A stretch of 64,000 bases of DNA, from the IMG/VR virus record IMGVR_UViG_3300044619_001509, one strand, 5' to 3'. The position numbers and the translations under genes are program-made. Origin of the DNA: an uncultured virus (IMG/VR IMGVR_UViG_3300044619_001509) (lineage: Duplodnaviria > Heunggongvirae > Uroviricota > Caudoviricetes). A model generated the notes under the pieces. The model had not been told where the DNA came from, ran no database searches, and was given only the letters and a program-made list of their open reading frames with translations. Shown here piece by piece: positions 16,848 to 25,043 of this stretch. Position 1 is the stretch's first letter. Each line of letters begins with the position of its first letter.

Positions 16848-17046
16848 CAAAAAATCAAGTGGGCTTATAATGGCTGTGTGGGCTATTCAGATAGCTTAGC
16901 TCTAAAGCCGCATTAAAGACCCAGCCAGACCCATTTTGGTATAAATACCTGTATGGACCCCAAAAGACTATGTTCTGATGGATTAATAGGACCTTTGGAC
17001 ACGGATGTTGAATCTCTAGACACAAACGATTATGAAAGGATAACAC

Positions 17047-17160
17047 ATGGAAGACTTTTTAGGAACAGCATGGTGGAGTGTATTGATGTTCGTAGCAGGA
17101 GCTCTTATCGGAGCCCCACTTTGGAAATGGGTAAGCACTAAGCTTCCTTGGAATAAGTAA
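17047..17160 (+). CDS. 37-aa membrane peptide MEDFLGTAWWSVLMFVAGALIGAPLWKWVSTKLPWNK (not in the ORF track)
   Basis: AAAGGA RBS, one TM helix, terminator follows. Confidence 0.75.
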   Translation: MEDFLGTAWWSVLMFVAGALIGAPLWKWVSTKLPWNK

Positions 17161-17181
17161 TTCCACACAATACAGCGTAAA

Positions 17182-17221
17182 AGAGAAAGAGTTGGTTTTA
17201 GGCCAACTCTTTCTTCTATTT
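17182..17221. terminator. Bidirectional terminator
   Basis: AAGAGTTGG/CCAACTCTT stem between convergent genes. Confidence 0.7.
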
Positions 17222-17265
17222 GATGATACGAATATTGATTACTGGTTGTCTAATTATTTTTATGA

Positions 17266-17640
17266 TCATTGGTTAAATGTTTTGAATGGAACAGGATTTT
17301 GTTCATTATCGGGAACATCTTTTGGATCATTACTCAATTGAGGTTTGATACCAGTAGCAGCCATAAGAGCTAATTTTTCCTTTAAATGCTTTCCTGCTTC
17401 TTCCTTGTGCATTCTTCTTTCTTCTTCAGATTTTCCTGGCGAACTTGCAGCCAGAGAATGCATTAGATGTTGATGGTGGTGATGTGCAATTGCATCTTCC
17501 GATCTACGATTTCTCAAATCGGCCATATCTTCATCATCAGGTGGTTCTGATGAGAATTCTCTTGGATCTTGTTTTGCCAATCTTTGGTAGTCAGCTTCTA
17601 CTAATTGTTTTGCTAGTCGAAATGGATTGAAATTGTACAT
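17266..17640 (-). CDS. Late protein with His tract, candidate internal head protein
   Basis: Minus-strand TATAAATA at 17661-17668; RBS; QLVE motif. Confidence 0.75.
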   Translation of the reverse strand: MYNFNPFRLAKQLVEADYQRLAKQDPREFSSEPPDDEDMADLRNRRSEDAIAHHHHQHLMHSLAASSPGKSEEERRMHKEEAGKHLKEKLALMAATGIKPQLSNDPKDVPDNEQNPVPFKTFNQ

Positions 17641-17679
17641 AAATTTTCCTTTGTTGTAATTATTTATAATACTAAATAT

Positions 17680-17846
17680 ATGCGGTCGCGCAGTATGAGA
17701 TTTCCCGCAATTTCACTAGTCGTGTCGCGGGGACGGTGCTTATACCATAAACGGGCAGTGATTACGCTATTCGTGCGCTAAAAGGAATTTCGCTACCTTT
17801 TGACCGTATTCGGGAAGCACCAAGTTAAATCTTGGTGTTTTCTTTT
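17680..17846 (+). ncRNA. Candidate 6S-like rod-shaped ncRNA
   Basis: CTAAATA late-type promoter; closing stem ATGCGGTC/GACCGTAT; central bubble; inner TCACT/AGTGA stem; own terminator at 17816-17846. Confidence 0.6.
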
Positions 17847-17859
17847 AATATATAATAAT

Positions 17860-18168
17860 ATGAGATTCAAAGAACTAATACAACTTCTCGAAGAAAAAAA
17901 GGTTCCTGCTATTGTCAAGAGACTTCGTTCTCAATTAAAGGCAAAAGGAATGAATGCAGGACAAGCTGCCGCTGTCGCAAATAAAACCTTACAGCGTAGT
18001 GGTGTTCTTAAAGGTGGTTCTATGTCGTTGACTTCGAAGGGCAAGAAGCGTCAGAAGATGGGCGCAGCAGGACGAGCAAAGGATCGCGCTGCAAAAAGCT
18101 CTGGTAGATCAACAAGAGATTATGTCTACAGTAAAAAGACGAATCGTGCAACTCTAAAAAAGAGGTGA
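17860..18168 (+). CDS. Basic late protein MRFKELIQLLEE, candidate internal head protein
   Basis: CTS-like N-terminus; K/R-rich. Confidence 0.75.
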   Translation: MRFKELIQLLEEKKVPAIVKRLRSQLKAKGMNAGQAAAVANKTLQRSGVLKGGSMSLTSKGKKRQKMGAAGRAKDRAAKSSGRSTRDYVYSKKTNRATLKKR

Positions 18169-18171
18169 ATC

Positions 18172-18558
18172 TTGAAAAAGAAAAATAATTGGAATGATGA
18201 TATTATTGAAGAATACATTGATGCAAACATGGATTTTGGATTTTCTGCTGTTGATAAAGAAGAACTCAACGAGATCACAACACCAAAACCAAATCAAGAA
18301 ATCGACACAATTAAACAAAAATTAGATCTTATTCTTGAGATGAATTCTACTTGCGAAGGTGCAATGCAAGTAAAAGCGCAGTACGATGAACTGCTAAAGG
18401 CAAGAATGAAAGAGATTGAAAAGTTGATTGTTCCGTTGTTGGGTAATCTTAAAAAGAATACGGAAAAAGATTACATTTATTGGCCAGGTAAACAACGAGA
18501 AACCCAGTGCGATCTACAGATTCAAAAATTATTAGGTCTAACAAGAAACGATCTTTAA
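18172..18558 (+). CDS. Conserved T4-like hypothetical protein
   Basis: DFGFSAVD and PLLxNLxKNxEKDYIYWP motifs. Confidence 0.75.
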   Translation: MKKKNNWNDDIIEEYIDANMDFGFSAVDKEELNEITTPKPNQEIDTIKQKLDLILEMNSTCEGAMQVKAQYDELLKARMKEIEKLIVPLLGNLKKNTEKDYIYWPGKQRETQCDLQIQKLLGLTRNDL

Positions 18559-18743
18559 GTTTCTGGATTGCCAATCTTATTTGGTTTTAATTTTTTATGG
18601 TAAGGACTTATTTTATTTTGATGGGCTTTTTTGACCGCATCAATTCTTGCTTTATCTCTAGAAGAAGAAACATAGTCAGTATTGACTCCCATCTTTCCTA
18701 AGATAACATGTATTTGTTCGTTGAATTGTTTAAAGGATTTCAT
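18555..18743 (-). CDS. Small late protein MKSFKQFNE, candidate internal head protein
   Basis: Minus-strand CTAAATA upstream; CTS-like N-terminus. Confidence 0.7.
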   Translation of the reverse strand: MKSFKQFNEQIHVILGKMGVNTDYVSSSRDKARIDAVKKAHQNKISPYHKKLKPNKIGNPET

Positions 18744-18839
18744 AAGCCTATTTAGTTTATAAAAATTCTATACTTTGTAAGCCGCCAGTTGGTTAAATAC
18801 TTATGATGTAGTTACAATTTAATTCACTGGAGGTGGAAA

Positions 18840-19091
18840 ATGATTCGACAGGGTTCGCAATTGACGATGGATATCGTTAGCGGTAAATGCCATGTATTTT
18901 CTAACCAATACGGAAAATGGAAAAGTATATTTTCTTCCGAAAAAGCCTTCGAAGCATTGCACTACATAATTACTCAAGATAGTAAATTTGAAATATCGGA
19001 TATGGCATCTCTTTGGATTGATATGGAAGTATATGAAGATATTGCCAAAGAAATAAAAGAAAATCCAAGACTAATTAGTTTGTGTGCTTGA
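18840..19091 (+). CDS. Hypothetical protein
   Basis: GGAGG RBS. Confidence 0.7.
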   Translation: MIRQGSQLTMDIVSGKCHVFSNQYGKWKSIFSSEKAFEALHYIITQDSKFEISDMASLWIDMEVYEDIAKEIKENPRLISLCA

Positions 19092-19122
19092 CACATAGAA
19101 AAATGGAGTGTATACTATGAGC

Positions 19123-19350
19123 ATGATGAAATCGAACGAAGGATATAGTGCCGAAATCAAGCAAGATCCGTTTAACGGAATGAAGTATTTGGCTTGTTTG
19201 AACGGTTTTAATACCGATGAGATCCCGAATGGGTATTCTTTTGAAGAACTCAATGAAATGATTGATTTTTTGTATAAGGTGCAGAGCGAGATTAAGTTTC
19301 GTAATAACTGCGCCAATACCCCGTCCATCTACACCCATTCTATGGAGTGA
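19123..19350 (+). CDS. Hypothetical protein
   Basis: TTGACA-17-TATACT-6-ATG. Confidence 0.65.
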   Translation: MMKSNEGYSAEIKQDPFNGMKYLACLNGFNTDEIPNGYSFEELNEMIDFLYKVQSEIKFRNNCANTPSIYTHSME

Positions 19351-19389
19351 TGAGCTTGACTTGTTGGATAGGTGTGGTACAATCTGAGC

Positions 19390-19536
19390 ATGTTCGAAAC
19401 GATCACATCAAGTCCAGTGGCAGCACTCATAATTGGAATTATTACTGGATTTTTAGTAAATTTGTTAATTGGTTTACGAGTGATAGTACATGTTACTAAA
19501 ACAGTAAAAGATATAGAAGATAATTGTAATAAGTAA
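19390..19536 (+). CDS. 48-aa membrane protein (not in the ORF track)
   Basis: TTGACT-16-TACAAT-6-ATG; one TM segment. Confidence 0.7.
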   Translation: MFETITSSPVAALIIGIITGFLVNLLIGLRVIVHVTKTVKDIEDNCNK

Positions 19537-19643
19537 AGTATATTCTAGTAACAAAAAATTCTGCCCATTTACGGTTCGGGTAAAATTTACAATACTAAGT
19601 CCCGCTTCAGGGATCATAGGTTGATGTTCAAAAACCGTTTTAT

Positions 19644-19716
19644 GCCCTTATAGCTCAGTTGGTAGAGCAGCAGCCTTTTAAGCCGACGGTCGTAGGTTCG
19701 ATCCCTACTGGGGGCA
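19644..19716 (+). tRNA. tRNA-Lys(TTT), anticodon stem with two mismatches
   Basis: Cloverleaf; GCAGC-CTTTTAA-GCCGA. Confidence 0.85.
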
Positions 19717-19792
19717 CTTCAATTGTAGAAACAGTAATTAGATGATGAATTATTGTTTCTTGTCTTGTATACATCATCTGAGGATTTTTGCT

Positions 19793-20020
19793 ATGGCAGT
19801 AAAGTCAATGAGTAAGCGTGAGAGTGTGTTTCGTTTTATGAATTCGGGGCGCAGCCTGAATCAGGCAGATGCAGAGCGAATGTTTGGCGTTGGTAATCTT
19901 CGTGCAACCGTTAGTTCTTTGCGTCTTGATCGTTCTATGATGCGTGGTAAGCGTATCGTTCGCAGCGAGAGTGCGGATGGTACTAGCAGTTACACCATCA
20001 AGAAGAATCGTTCTCGTTAA
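19793..20020 (+). CDS. Small HTH-like DNA-binding protein
   Basis: LNQADAERMFGVGNLRATVSSLR pattern. Confidence 0.7.
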   Translation: MAVKSMSKRESVFRFMNSGRSLNQADAERMFGVGNLRATVSSLRLDRSMMRGKRIVRSESADGTSSYTIKKNRSR

Positions 20021-20035
20021 TTCGAGAACAACTGT

Positions 20036-20107
20036 TCGTCAATCGTATAATGGTTATTATCGTGGATTCCAAATCTATGGATAGAGGTTCGATTCCTCTT
20101 TGACGAG
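20036..20107 (+). tRNA. tRNA-Trp(CCA)
   Basis: TCGTCAA/TTGACGA acceptor stem; TTCCAAA loop. Confidence 0.9.
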
Positions 20108-20127
20108 TTTAAAAATAAGGGCATAAG

Positions 20128-20505
20128 ATGACAAATCTAACCGCATTACATTTTCGCAGTTTAATTGAAAAGTATAAAATTAATGAAGAAGATGCTTTTC
20201 TTATGTGTGACTATGTTACTGCGTTAGAAACAGAAAATTGTAAATTGCTTTCTATGTGTACCAATTCGCACAAAGTAATAATTGAAAAAATAGAAAAATC
20301 GTCTTCTGCGCTTACACAATCTTTTAATTTTACTGTAAATTTTGATATTGCTTTTACAGAATTTACAGACAGTAAAAACAATACATATGATGTGTTTTCT
20401 TACGATGAAAAAACAGATTCTAATAAAGTAAATGAAATTTTTATTGCAAGAAGTTTGTTTTATGCGGAAAAAGAATTAAGAAAATTGTACAATAAAAATG
20501 AATAA
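20128..20505 (+). CDS. Hypothetical protein
   Basis: ORF in operon context. Confidence 0.65.
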   Translation: MTNLTALHFRSLIEKYKINEEDAFLMCDYVTALETENCKLLSMCTNSHKVIIEKIEKSSSALTQSFNFTVNFDIAFTEFTDSKNNTYDVFSYDEKTDSNKVNEIFIARSLFYAEKELRKLYNKNE

Positions 20506-20764
20506 GTTTATTAATATTACAGATCTTATCGAACGAAACGAGTCTTTGGAAAAACGACTCGAAAACTGTAATAATAAAATTAGCGATGTTCTTGATATTT
20601 TATTTGCTTGTGACGGATATTATGATCCTGTAACCAAAACAGGAAATGTAGAAATGCTGGCAAAAATAATTGATGAAGCGTATGATACTTTAAAGGGTGT
20701 TTCTAGAAACAGCGAGAAAGAACACGAACCACTGCCAGATGATAGTGTTGATATTGAAGAATAA
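20498..20764 (+). CDS. Coiled-coil protein, paralog of 7467..7769
   Basis: ILFACDGYY..TGNVEMLAKIIDEAY. Confidence 0.75.
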   Translation: MNKFINITDLIERNESLEKRLENCNNKISDVLDILFACDGYYDPVTKTGNVEMLAKIIDEAYDTLKGVSRNSEKEHEPLPDDSVDIEE

Positions 20765-20767
20765 GTT

Positions 20768-20854
20768 GGACAGATGGCAGAGCGGTTGAATGCTGCTGTT
20801 TACTAAACAGCCATGGCCTAAAAACCATCGGGGGTTCGAATCCCTCTCTGTCCG
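20768..20854 (+). tRNA. tRNA-Ser(ACT)
   Basis: GCTGT-TTACTAA-ACAGC; long variable arm; G73. Confidence 0.9.
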
Positions 20855-20867
20855 CTACATAATAAGA

Positions 20868-20941
20868 CGGAAAGTAGCGCAGCTTGGTAGCGCATCTGCT
20901 TTGGGAGCAGAGGGTCGCAGGTTCGAATCCTGTCTTTCCGA
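20868..20941 (+). tRNA. tRNA-Pro(TGG)
   Basis: Canonical cloverleaf. Confidence 0.95.
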
Positions 20942-20945
20942 TTAT

Positions 20946-21018
20946 GCTACTTTAGCTCAATTGGCAGAGCAGAGCTTTTGTAAAGCTCAGGTTGCAGGTT
21001 CGATTCCTGTAAGTAGCT
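20946..21018 (+). tRNA. tRNA-Thr(TGT)
   Basis: Canonical cloverleaf. Confidence 0.95.
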
Positions 21019-21033
21019 TTGATAGGAGATTTT

Positions 21034-21219
21034 ATGGAAGGTATACACGGTGCAGGAAAAGGTGATACATACCGTAAAGTGGACTATAATGAATGGTCTA
21101 AAAATTATGATGCCATATTTGGCAAGAAAGTGAAGAAAAATGTCAAAGAGTCAAGTGCTTCTAATCGTTCTGAAGTCGGGAGAACAAATACTCGCAAACG
21201 CAGAAGCAGGAACAAATGA
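21034..21219 (+). CDS. Small conserved phage protein (GKGD.YR...NYDAIF)
   Basis: AGGAG RBS; recognisable motif. Confidence 0.7.
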   Translation: MEGIHGAGKGDTYRKVDYNEWSKNYDAIFGKKVKKNVKESSASNRSEVGRTNTRKRRSRNK

Positions 21220-21481
21220 ATTTGGTTTAACGGGTTTCCATGTAAAGAAACCAGCAATTCTTGTTCCTTCTGATCCAAATCAAGAAGGACAACGGGGAAT
21301 TGGTTTGCTTCCGTGGATGCCGTATACACTAATGGCAGAAGAGGGATTTATTCCTCATGATAGTATCAACTATCAGTCTGCTCCAATCGCGCAATTGTCA
21401 AGTCATTACATGAATTTTGCTACTGGTCTTGTGGTTCCAACAAAGGAAGTCGCTGCGCCAAAATTGCAACTCGTTGAGTGA
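21140..21481 (+). CDS. Sm-like domain protein typical of T4-like phages
   Basis: LIVLKSGEQILA ... IGLLPWMPY pattern. Confidence 0.7.
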   Translation: MSKSQVLLIVLKSGEQILANAEAGTNEFGLTGFHVKKPAILVPSDPNQEGQRGIGLLPWMPYTLMAEEGFIPHDSINYQSAPIAQLSSHYMNFATGLVVPTKEVAAPKLQLVE

Positions 21482-21528
21482 TAGGGGCTTGATTTAGCGG
21501 GCAGGGGTGGTATACTGCCCGATGTAAT

Positions 21529-21602
21529 ATTCCCGTAGCTCAACTGGATAGAGTATCTGCCTTCTAAGCAGATTGTTACAGGTTCAAGTCCTGTCGGGAA
21601 TG
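21529..21602 (+). tRNA. tRNA-Arg(TCT)
   Basis: Canonical cloverleaf. Confidence 0.95.
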
Positions 21603-21608
21603 CTTATT

Positions 21609-21857
21609 ATGTTTAGACTTTTTATCGACATTCCTCTTTCGATGACAGAAAAAGAAGCCGTAAAGGTTTCTCAAAAAATTATGTCATTGGTAAATGTTCA
21701 ACACATTCTTAATGAATGTGGTGTTGAGCAAATTAACTATCGTCTTGGACATGATGAGGATCGACAGAAGAGTAATTATCTTGAGAAGACTGAAAGTGGC
21801 CATGTCACCAACAAGAAATCCAAAATTGACTTGACAGCATCGAAGAGTGTGGTATAA
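21609..21857 (+). CDS. Hypothetical protein (MFRLFIDIPL)
   Basis: ORF directly after a tRNA. Confidence 0.7.
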   Translation: MFRLFIDIPLSMTEKEAVKVSQKIMSLVNVQHILNECGVEQINYRLGHDEDRQKSNYLEKTESGHVTNKKSKIDLTASKSVV

Positions 21858-21866
21858 TGACTACAT

Positions 21867-21939
21867 GCACTCGGGGGGTCGAGGAGGCCCAGGTTCGCTT
21901 ATAACGAACTGGTTGTAGGTTCGAATCCTATCGGGTGTA
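21867..21939 (+). tRNA. tRNA-Ile(TAT), atypical D-arm
   Basis: GCACTCG/CGGGTGT acceptor stem; GTTCG-CTTATAA-CGAAC; TTCGAAT T-loop; own sigma70 promoter at 21831-21858. Confidence 0.8.
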
Positions 21940-21943
21940 CTTT

Positions 21944-22126
21944 ATGAAGACCGCAGAAATCGAAATTATGGTAAATGGTAGCAATCAACTCACTTATGTC
22001 TTAAAAATGTTTGAGTCAAAGAGTGTGATTGATTGTAGAACTTTTTCATCGTATGCCAACGCCGAGAATGCATACTTTGAATGGACAAATTCTCGGGAAA
22101 TTGAAACTCTTAAAGGAGATATATAA
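21944..22126 (+). CDS. Hypothetical protein
   Basis: ORF in operon context. Confidence 0.6.
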   Translation: MKTAEIEIMVNGSNQLTYVLKMFESKSVIDCRTFSSYANAENAYFEWTNSREIETLKGDI

Positions 22127-22467
22127 TGTTTAGTATTTGTAACGGACTGTTTAGTAGAAACAACATTTTTGGTTTTGGAATTTTGACCGCGGCCGCTGGT
22201 TTGTTTTCTTGGTTTGTAGTTAAGAACACAGATGCTACTGTTTTCTTTGCCGTGACTTCTTTTGTTTTGTTTGTTGTTTCGCATCTTAGAATTGCGGCAG
22301 ATCAAAACGAAACTTCTGTTTTTGACAGAATTAATGATGCTGAAAGAATGAATGCGGATCGTTTGGATTCTGTAGAAGATCGTGTTGATCGAAGAATTGA
22401 TAGTATTTACGATAATATTACTCGGGTTGAAGATCAGGTTAATGATCTTGCTCCCAAGCGTAAGTAA
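22126..22467 (+). CDS. Membrane protein with coiled-coil tail
   Basis: Two TM segments; AAGGAG RBS. Confidence 0.75.
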   Translation: MFSICNGLFSRNNIFGFGILTAAAGLFSWFVVKNTDATVFFAVTSFVLFVVSHLRIAADQNETSVFDRINDAERMNADRLDSVEDRVDRRIDSIYDNITRVEDQVNDLAPKRK

Positions 22468-22508
22468 ACTTTCCACCCGTTGTACCGTGGGATAAAACGG
22501 TACATTAC

Positions 22509-22582
22509 GCCCTAATAGATTAACTGGCTAAATCCCTGCCCTTTCAAGGCAGTGAGTCGGGGTTCGAGTCCCCGTTAGGGTA
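22509..22582 (+). tRNA. tRNA-Glu(TTC)
   Basis: Canonical cloverleaf. Confidence 0.95.
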
Positions 22583-22584
22583 TT

Positions 22585-22779
22585 ATGCCAAAACGCGTAC
22601 TTGATAAGTTTGATATTGAAGCGGAGCGTGAAGGTTTCTTTGTTGCAAAACACAATGCAACTATATGCAAACCATTCGGACAAGGTAAAATAATCTTGCG
22701 ACAGCGAAAGATGCACAAAGACGGCGACAAGCGTATTGAGTGTAAAACGATCAAGCAATCCTATACAAGAGCATTCTAA
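22585..22779 (+). CDS. Small basic hypothetical protein
   Basis: ORF coupled to the next gene. Confidence 0.65.
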   Translation: MPKRVLDKFDIEAEREGFFVAKHNATICKPFGQGKIILRQRKMHKDGDKRIECKTIKQSYTRAF

Positions 22780-22994
22780 TGAAACGCATTTGTGATACTT
22801 GCTCGGAAGAAATTCCGCAAGCAAGGCTAGAGGCTATTCCCGAAACTACAACTTGTGTAAAGTGTTCAAGAGAAGAAAAGCGTGTCGGTTTTATGGATTG
22901 GTATCATAAGACTGCACCCGAACTTGTTATGGTTTCTACCGATAACAAGGAAAATCTTCGTCGCGCACAACGAGTAAATGCGAGATCACGATGA
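22779..22994 (+). CDS. TraR/DksA C4-type zinc finger protein
   Basis: CDTC-EEIP-ARLEAIP----CVKC. Confidence 0.85.
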   Translation: MKRICDTCSEEIPQARLEAIPETTTCVKCSREEKRVGFMDWYHKTAPELVMVSTDNKENLRRAQRVNARSR

Positions 22995-23530
22995 GCAGAA
23001 ATGTCATTGATCCCTTCAAGTATTGGACAACCGAAGCAATCAAAGCCAACTTGGACACCAAGCGGCATAATTACACGGTGATTGCAAGTAATCTTGAGAA
23101 CGATTTTAACATTGCAACCCTGATTCGCAACTCAAATGCCTTTCTTGCAAAGGAAGTTTGGATCTATGGGAACAAGCAATATGATCGTCGTGGCACGGTC
23201 GGAACTCATCACTACACAAATTTCAAGCATGTCAAGACGATTGATAATGTTATTGAAGAACTGAAGAATCTTCGCAATGAATATATTGATTTGAAGATTG
23301 TAGGAATGGACAATGTTCCAGGCTCAATCAACATCAATCATTATTCGTGGCCTAAGTTTGCTCATACTGTTATGATTTTTGGTCAGGAGCAGAATGGCAT
23401 TCCACAGGAACTTCTTGACTTGTGTGACGATGTCGTGTATATTGAGCAGTACGGAAGCGTTCGTAGTCTCAATGTAGGAACTGCGAGTGGAATCGCAATG
23501 TATGATTATTGTAATAAGGTGTTGAACTAA
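22991..23530 (+). CDS. trmH: SpoU/TrmH-family RNA 2'-O-methyltransferase
   Basis: NIATLIRN, IFGQEQNGI, SLNVGTASGIAMY SPOUT motifs. Confidence 0.85.
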   Translation: MSRNVIDPFKYWTTEAIKANLDTKRHNYTVIASNLENDFNIATLIRNSNAFLAKEVWIYGNKQYDRRGTVGTHHYTNFKHVKTIDNVIEELKNLRNEYIDLKIVGMDNVPGSININHYSWPKFAHTVMIFGQEQNGIPQELLDLCDDVVYIEQYGSVRSLNVGTASGIAMYDYCNKVLN

Positions 23531-23817
23531 TGAAAACTAAAGTACGAATCGTGAAGCGAACTTACGCCTACCCCTATGGTTCCTATGGTAGATTTGAATA
23601 TGTGATACAGCGGAGATCTTTCTTTTTCTTTGGGGATTGGGAAGATGCTGGTCCGTTCGTCGAGAATCGTCCGTATAGGTTTTACACTCTAGAGGAAGCA
23701 CAGAGACATCTGCATTTGCATGACGGATCTCCGAGGTACAAGGATGAGGAGGTGTTGGCCATGACAACGGAAACCAAGTGGTACGCAAAATTGATGAATT
23801 TTGTAATAAGGTGTTGA
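23530..23817 (+). CDS. Hypothetical protein, tandem paralog A
   Basis: MKTKVRIVKRTY. Confidence 0.75.
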   Translation: MKTKVRIVKRTYAYPYGSYGRFEYVIQRRSFFFFGDWEDAGPFVENRPYRFYTLEEAQRHLHLHDGSPRYKDEEVLAMTTETKWYAKLMNFVIRC

Positions 23818-23821
23818 ACTA

Positions 23822-24040
23822 ATGAAAACTAAAGCAAGAATCGTGAAGCGAACCTATAGGAATGACAAAATCTTATATGTCATTCAGAGGAAAACTATGT
23901 TCTTTCCTTGGAAAGATGTCCTTAAGTCCCGCGGCCATCGCCTCGGATCACCGCTCTGTTTCGGAACCTTAGAGGAAGCGCAGGAGATCCTGCGTCAGTT
24001 AGATAAACCTTATTGCAAGGACGAGGTGGTGTGGCCATGA
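23822..24040 (+). CDS. Hypothetical protein, tandem paralog B
   Basis: MKTKARIVKRTY. Confidence 0.75.
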   Translation: MKTKARIVKRTYRNDKILYVIQRKTMFFPWKDVLKSRGHRLGSPLCFGTLEEAQEILRQLDKPYCKDEVVWP

Positions 24041-24303
24041 GCAATGAAGATATTCAAAACAAAGTTGATGTGGCTATGGTAAAAGCCACATATGAACAAA
24101 AAATCAAGCAGTTGAAAGCAGATCACAAGAAACAGATTAAAGATCTACAACAACTGCATCGAACTGAAATAATGGTCGAAAAAAATAATACAGAATACTA
24201 CAAAAGAAAAGTAGAAGACATTATGGAAAGTTTTCGTCCTTTCTTTAGAATAGCAAGCGAACTTGGCAAGATAGATTCTTCCAATGATAGCAGGGATGAT
24301 TAA
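24037..24303 (+). CDS. Coiled-coil hypothetical protein
   Basis: ATGA overlap with the previous gene. Confidence 0.7.
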   Translation: MSNEDIQNKVDVAMVKATYEQKIKQLKADHKKQIKDLQQLHRTEIMVEKNNTEYYKRKVEDIMESFRPFFRIASELGKIDSSNDSRDD

Positions 24304-24305
24304 AT

Positions 24306-25043
24306 ATGGATGTAACATATTCTTATAAAAACAAAATGAGTGATGCGGCAAATAAACTCATTAATAATATTATTTTCAGTGTTTCACCAACGCCAAAGTG
24401 GGCATATTGTGCGGGTGGTGCTTTAGACACGAAAGTTTTTCCTATTAATGATTCAGATTTGACTAAAAAGATCATGGTTCCGCTTTCTTTGGCTTACGAT
24501 GAACCTGATTATTATCTTTCTGATAATAAAGATACTCTAATGAAAGTAGAGTATTATGAGTGTTATTTACAACAGATTTGTAGGCTTGTACATCATACAA
24601 TCAGAGATAGCATTTATCTTTATGATGTCACCTTTATAGATAGTAGTTTTTTGTTATATTCTGATATTCAACGAATTCCATCTAAAAATCCACAGATCTA
24701 CGAGATGTGTTGGTATGGTCGTGAGATCTATAAGATAGTTCAAAGAGTTAATACAAACGATAACTTTGCAGAGAACATACCACAAGAAAGCATCAAGACT
24801 GTGGAACCAAAACCAAGTAAAACAGAATCAAATAATGTGTGTGGGTATTCTTACTTTGTGGATCATCTTTCTGCTTTGAGTATTCAAAAGGACTACAACA
24901 AAGAGAAAAATAGAATGGTTCGTTTGAATGTTAGGGAAAATACGGATCATAATTCTATACAGAGCGTTACCATTTCCGACAAAGAAACCTTGAAGGATAT
25001 TATCATGAGACTAATAGAAATGGAAAGTTGGATGGGGGAATGA
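24306..25043 (+). CDS. Hypothetical protein
   Basis: Long ORF in operon. Confidence 0.7.
   Translation: MDVTYSYKNKMSDAANKLINNIIFSVSPTPKWAYCAGGALDTKVFPINDSDLTKKIMVPLSLAYDEPDYYLSDNKDTLMKVEYYECYLQQICRLVHHTIRDSIYLYDVTFIDSSFLLYSDIQRIPSKNPQIYEMCWYGREIYKIVQRVNTNDNFAENIPQESIKTVEPKPSKTESNNVCGYSYFVDHLSALSIQKDYNKEKNRMVRLNVRENTDHNSIQSVTISDKETLKDIIMRLIEMESWMGE

Noticed and set aside
16872..16927. Amber-suppressor-like mini tRNA (CTCTAAA loop) and TAG recoding
   Set aside because: No T-arm, the 5' stem overlaps the promoter, and core genes are intact in the standard code with TAG used as a stop.
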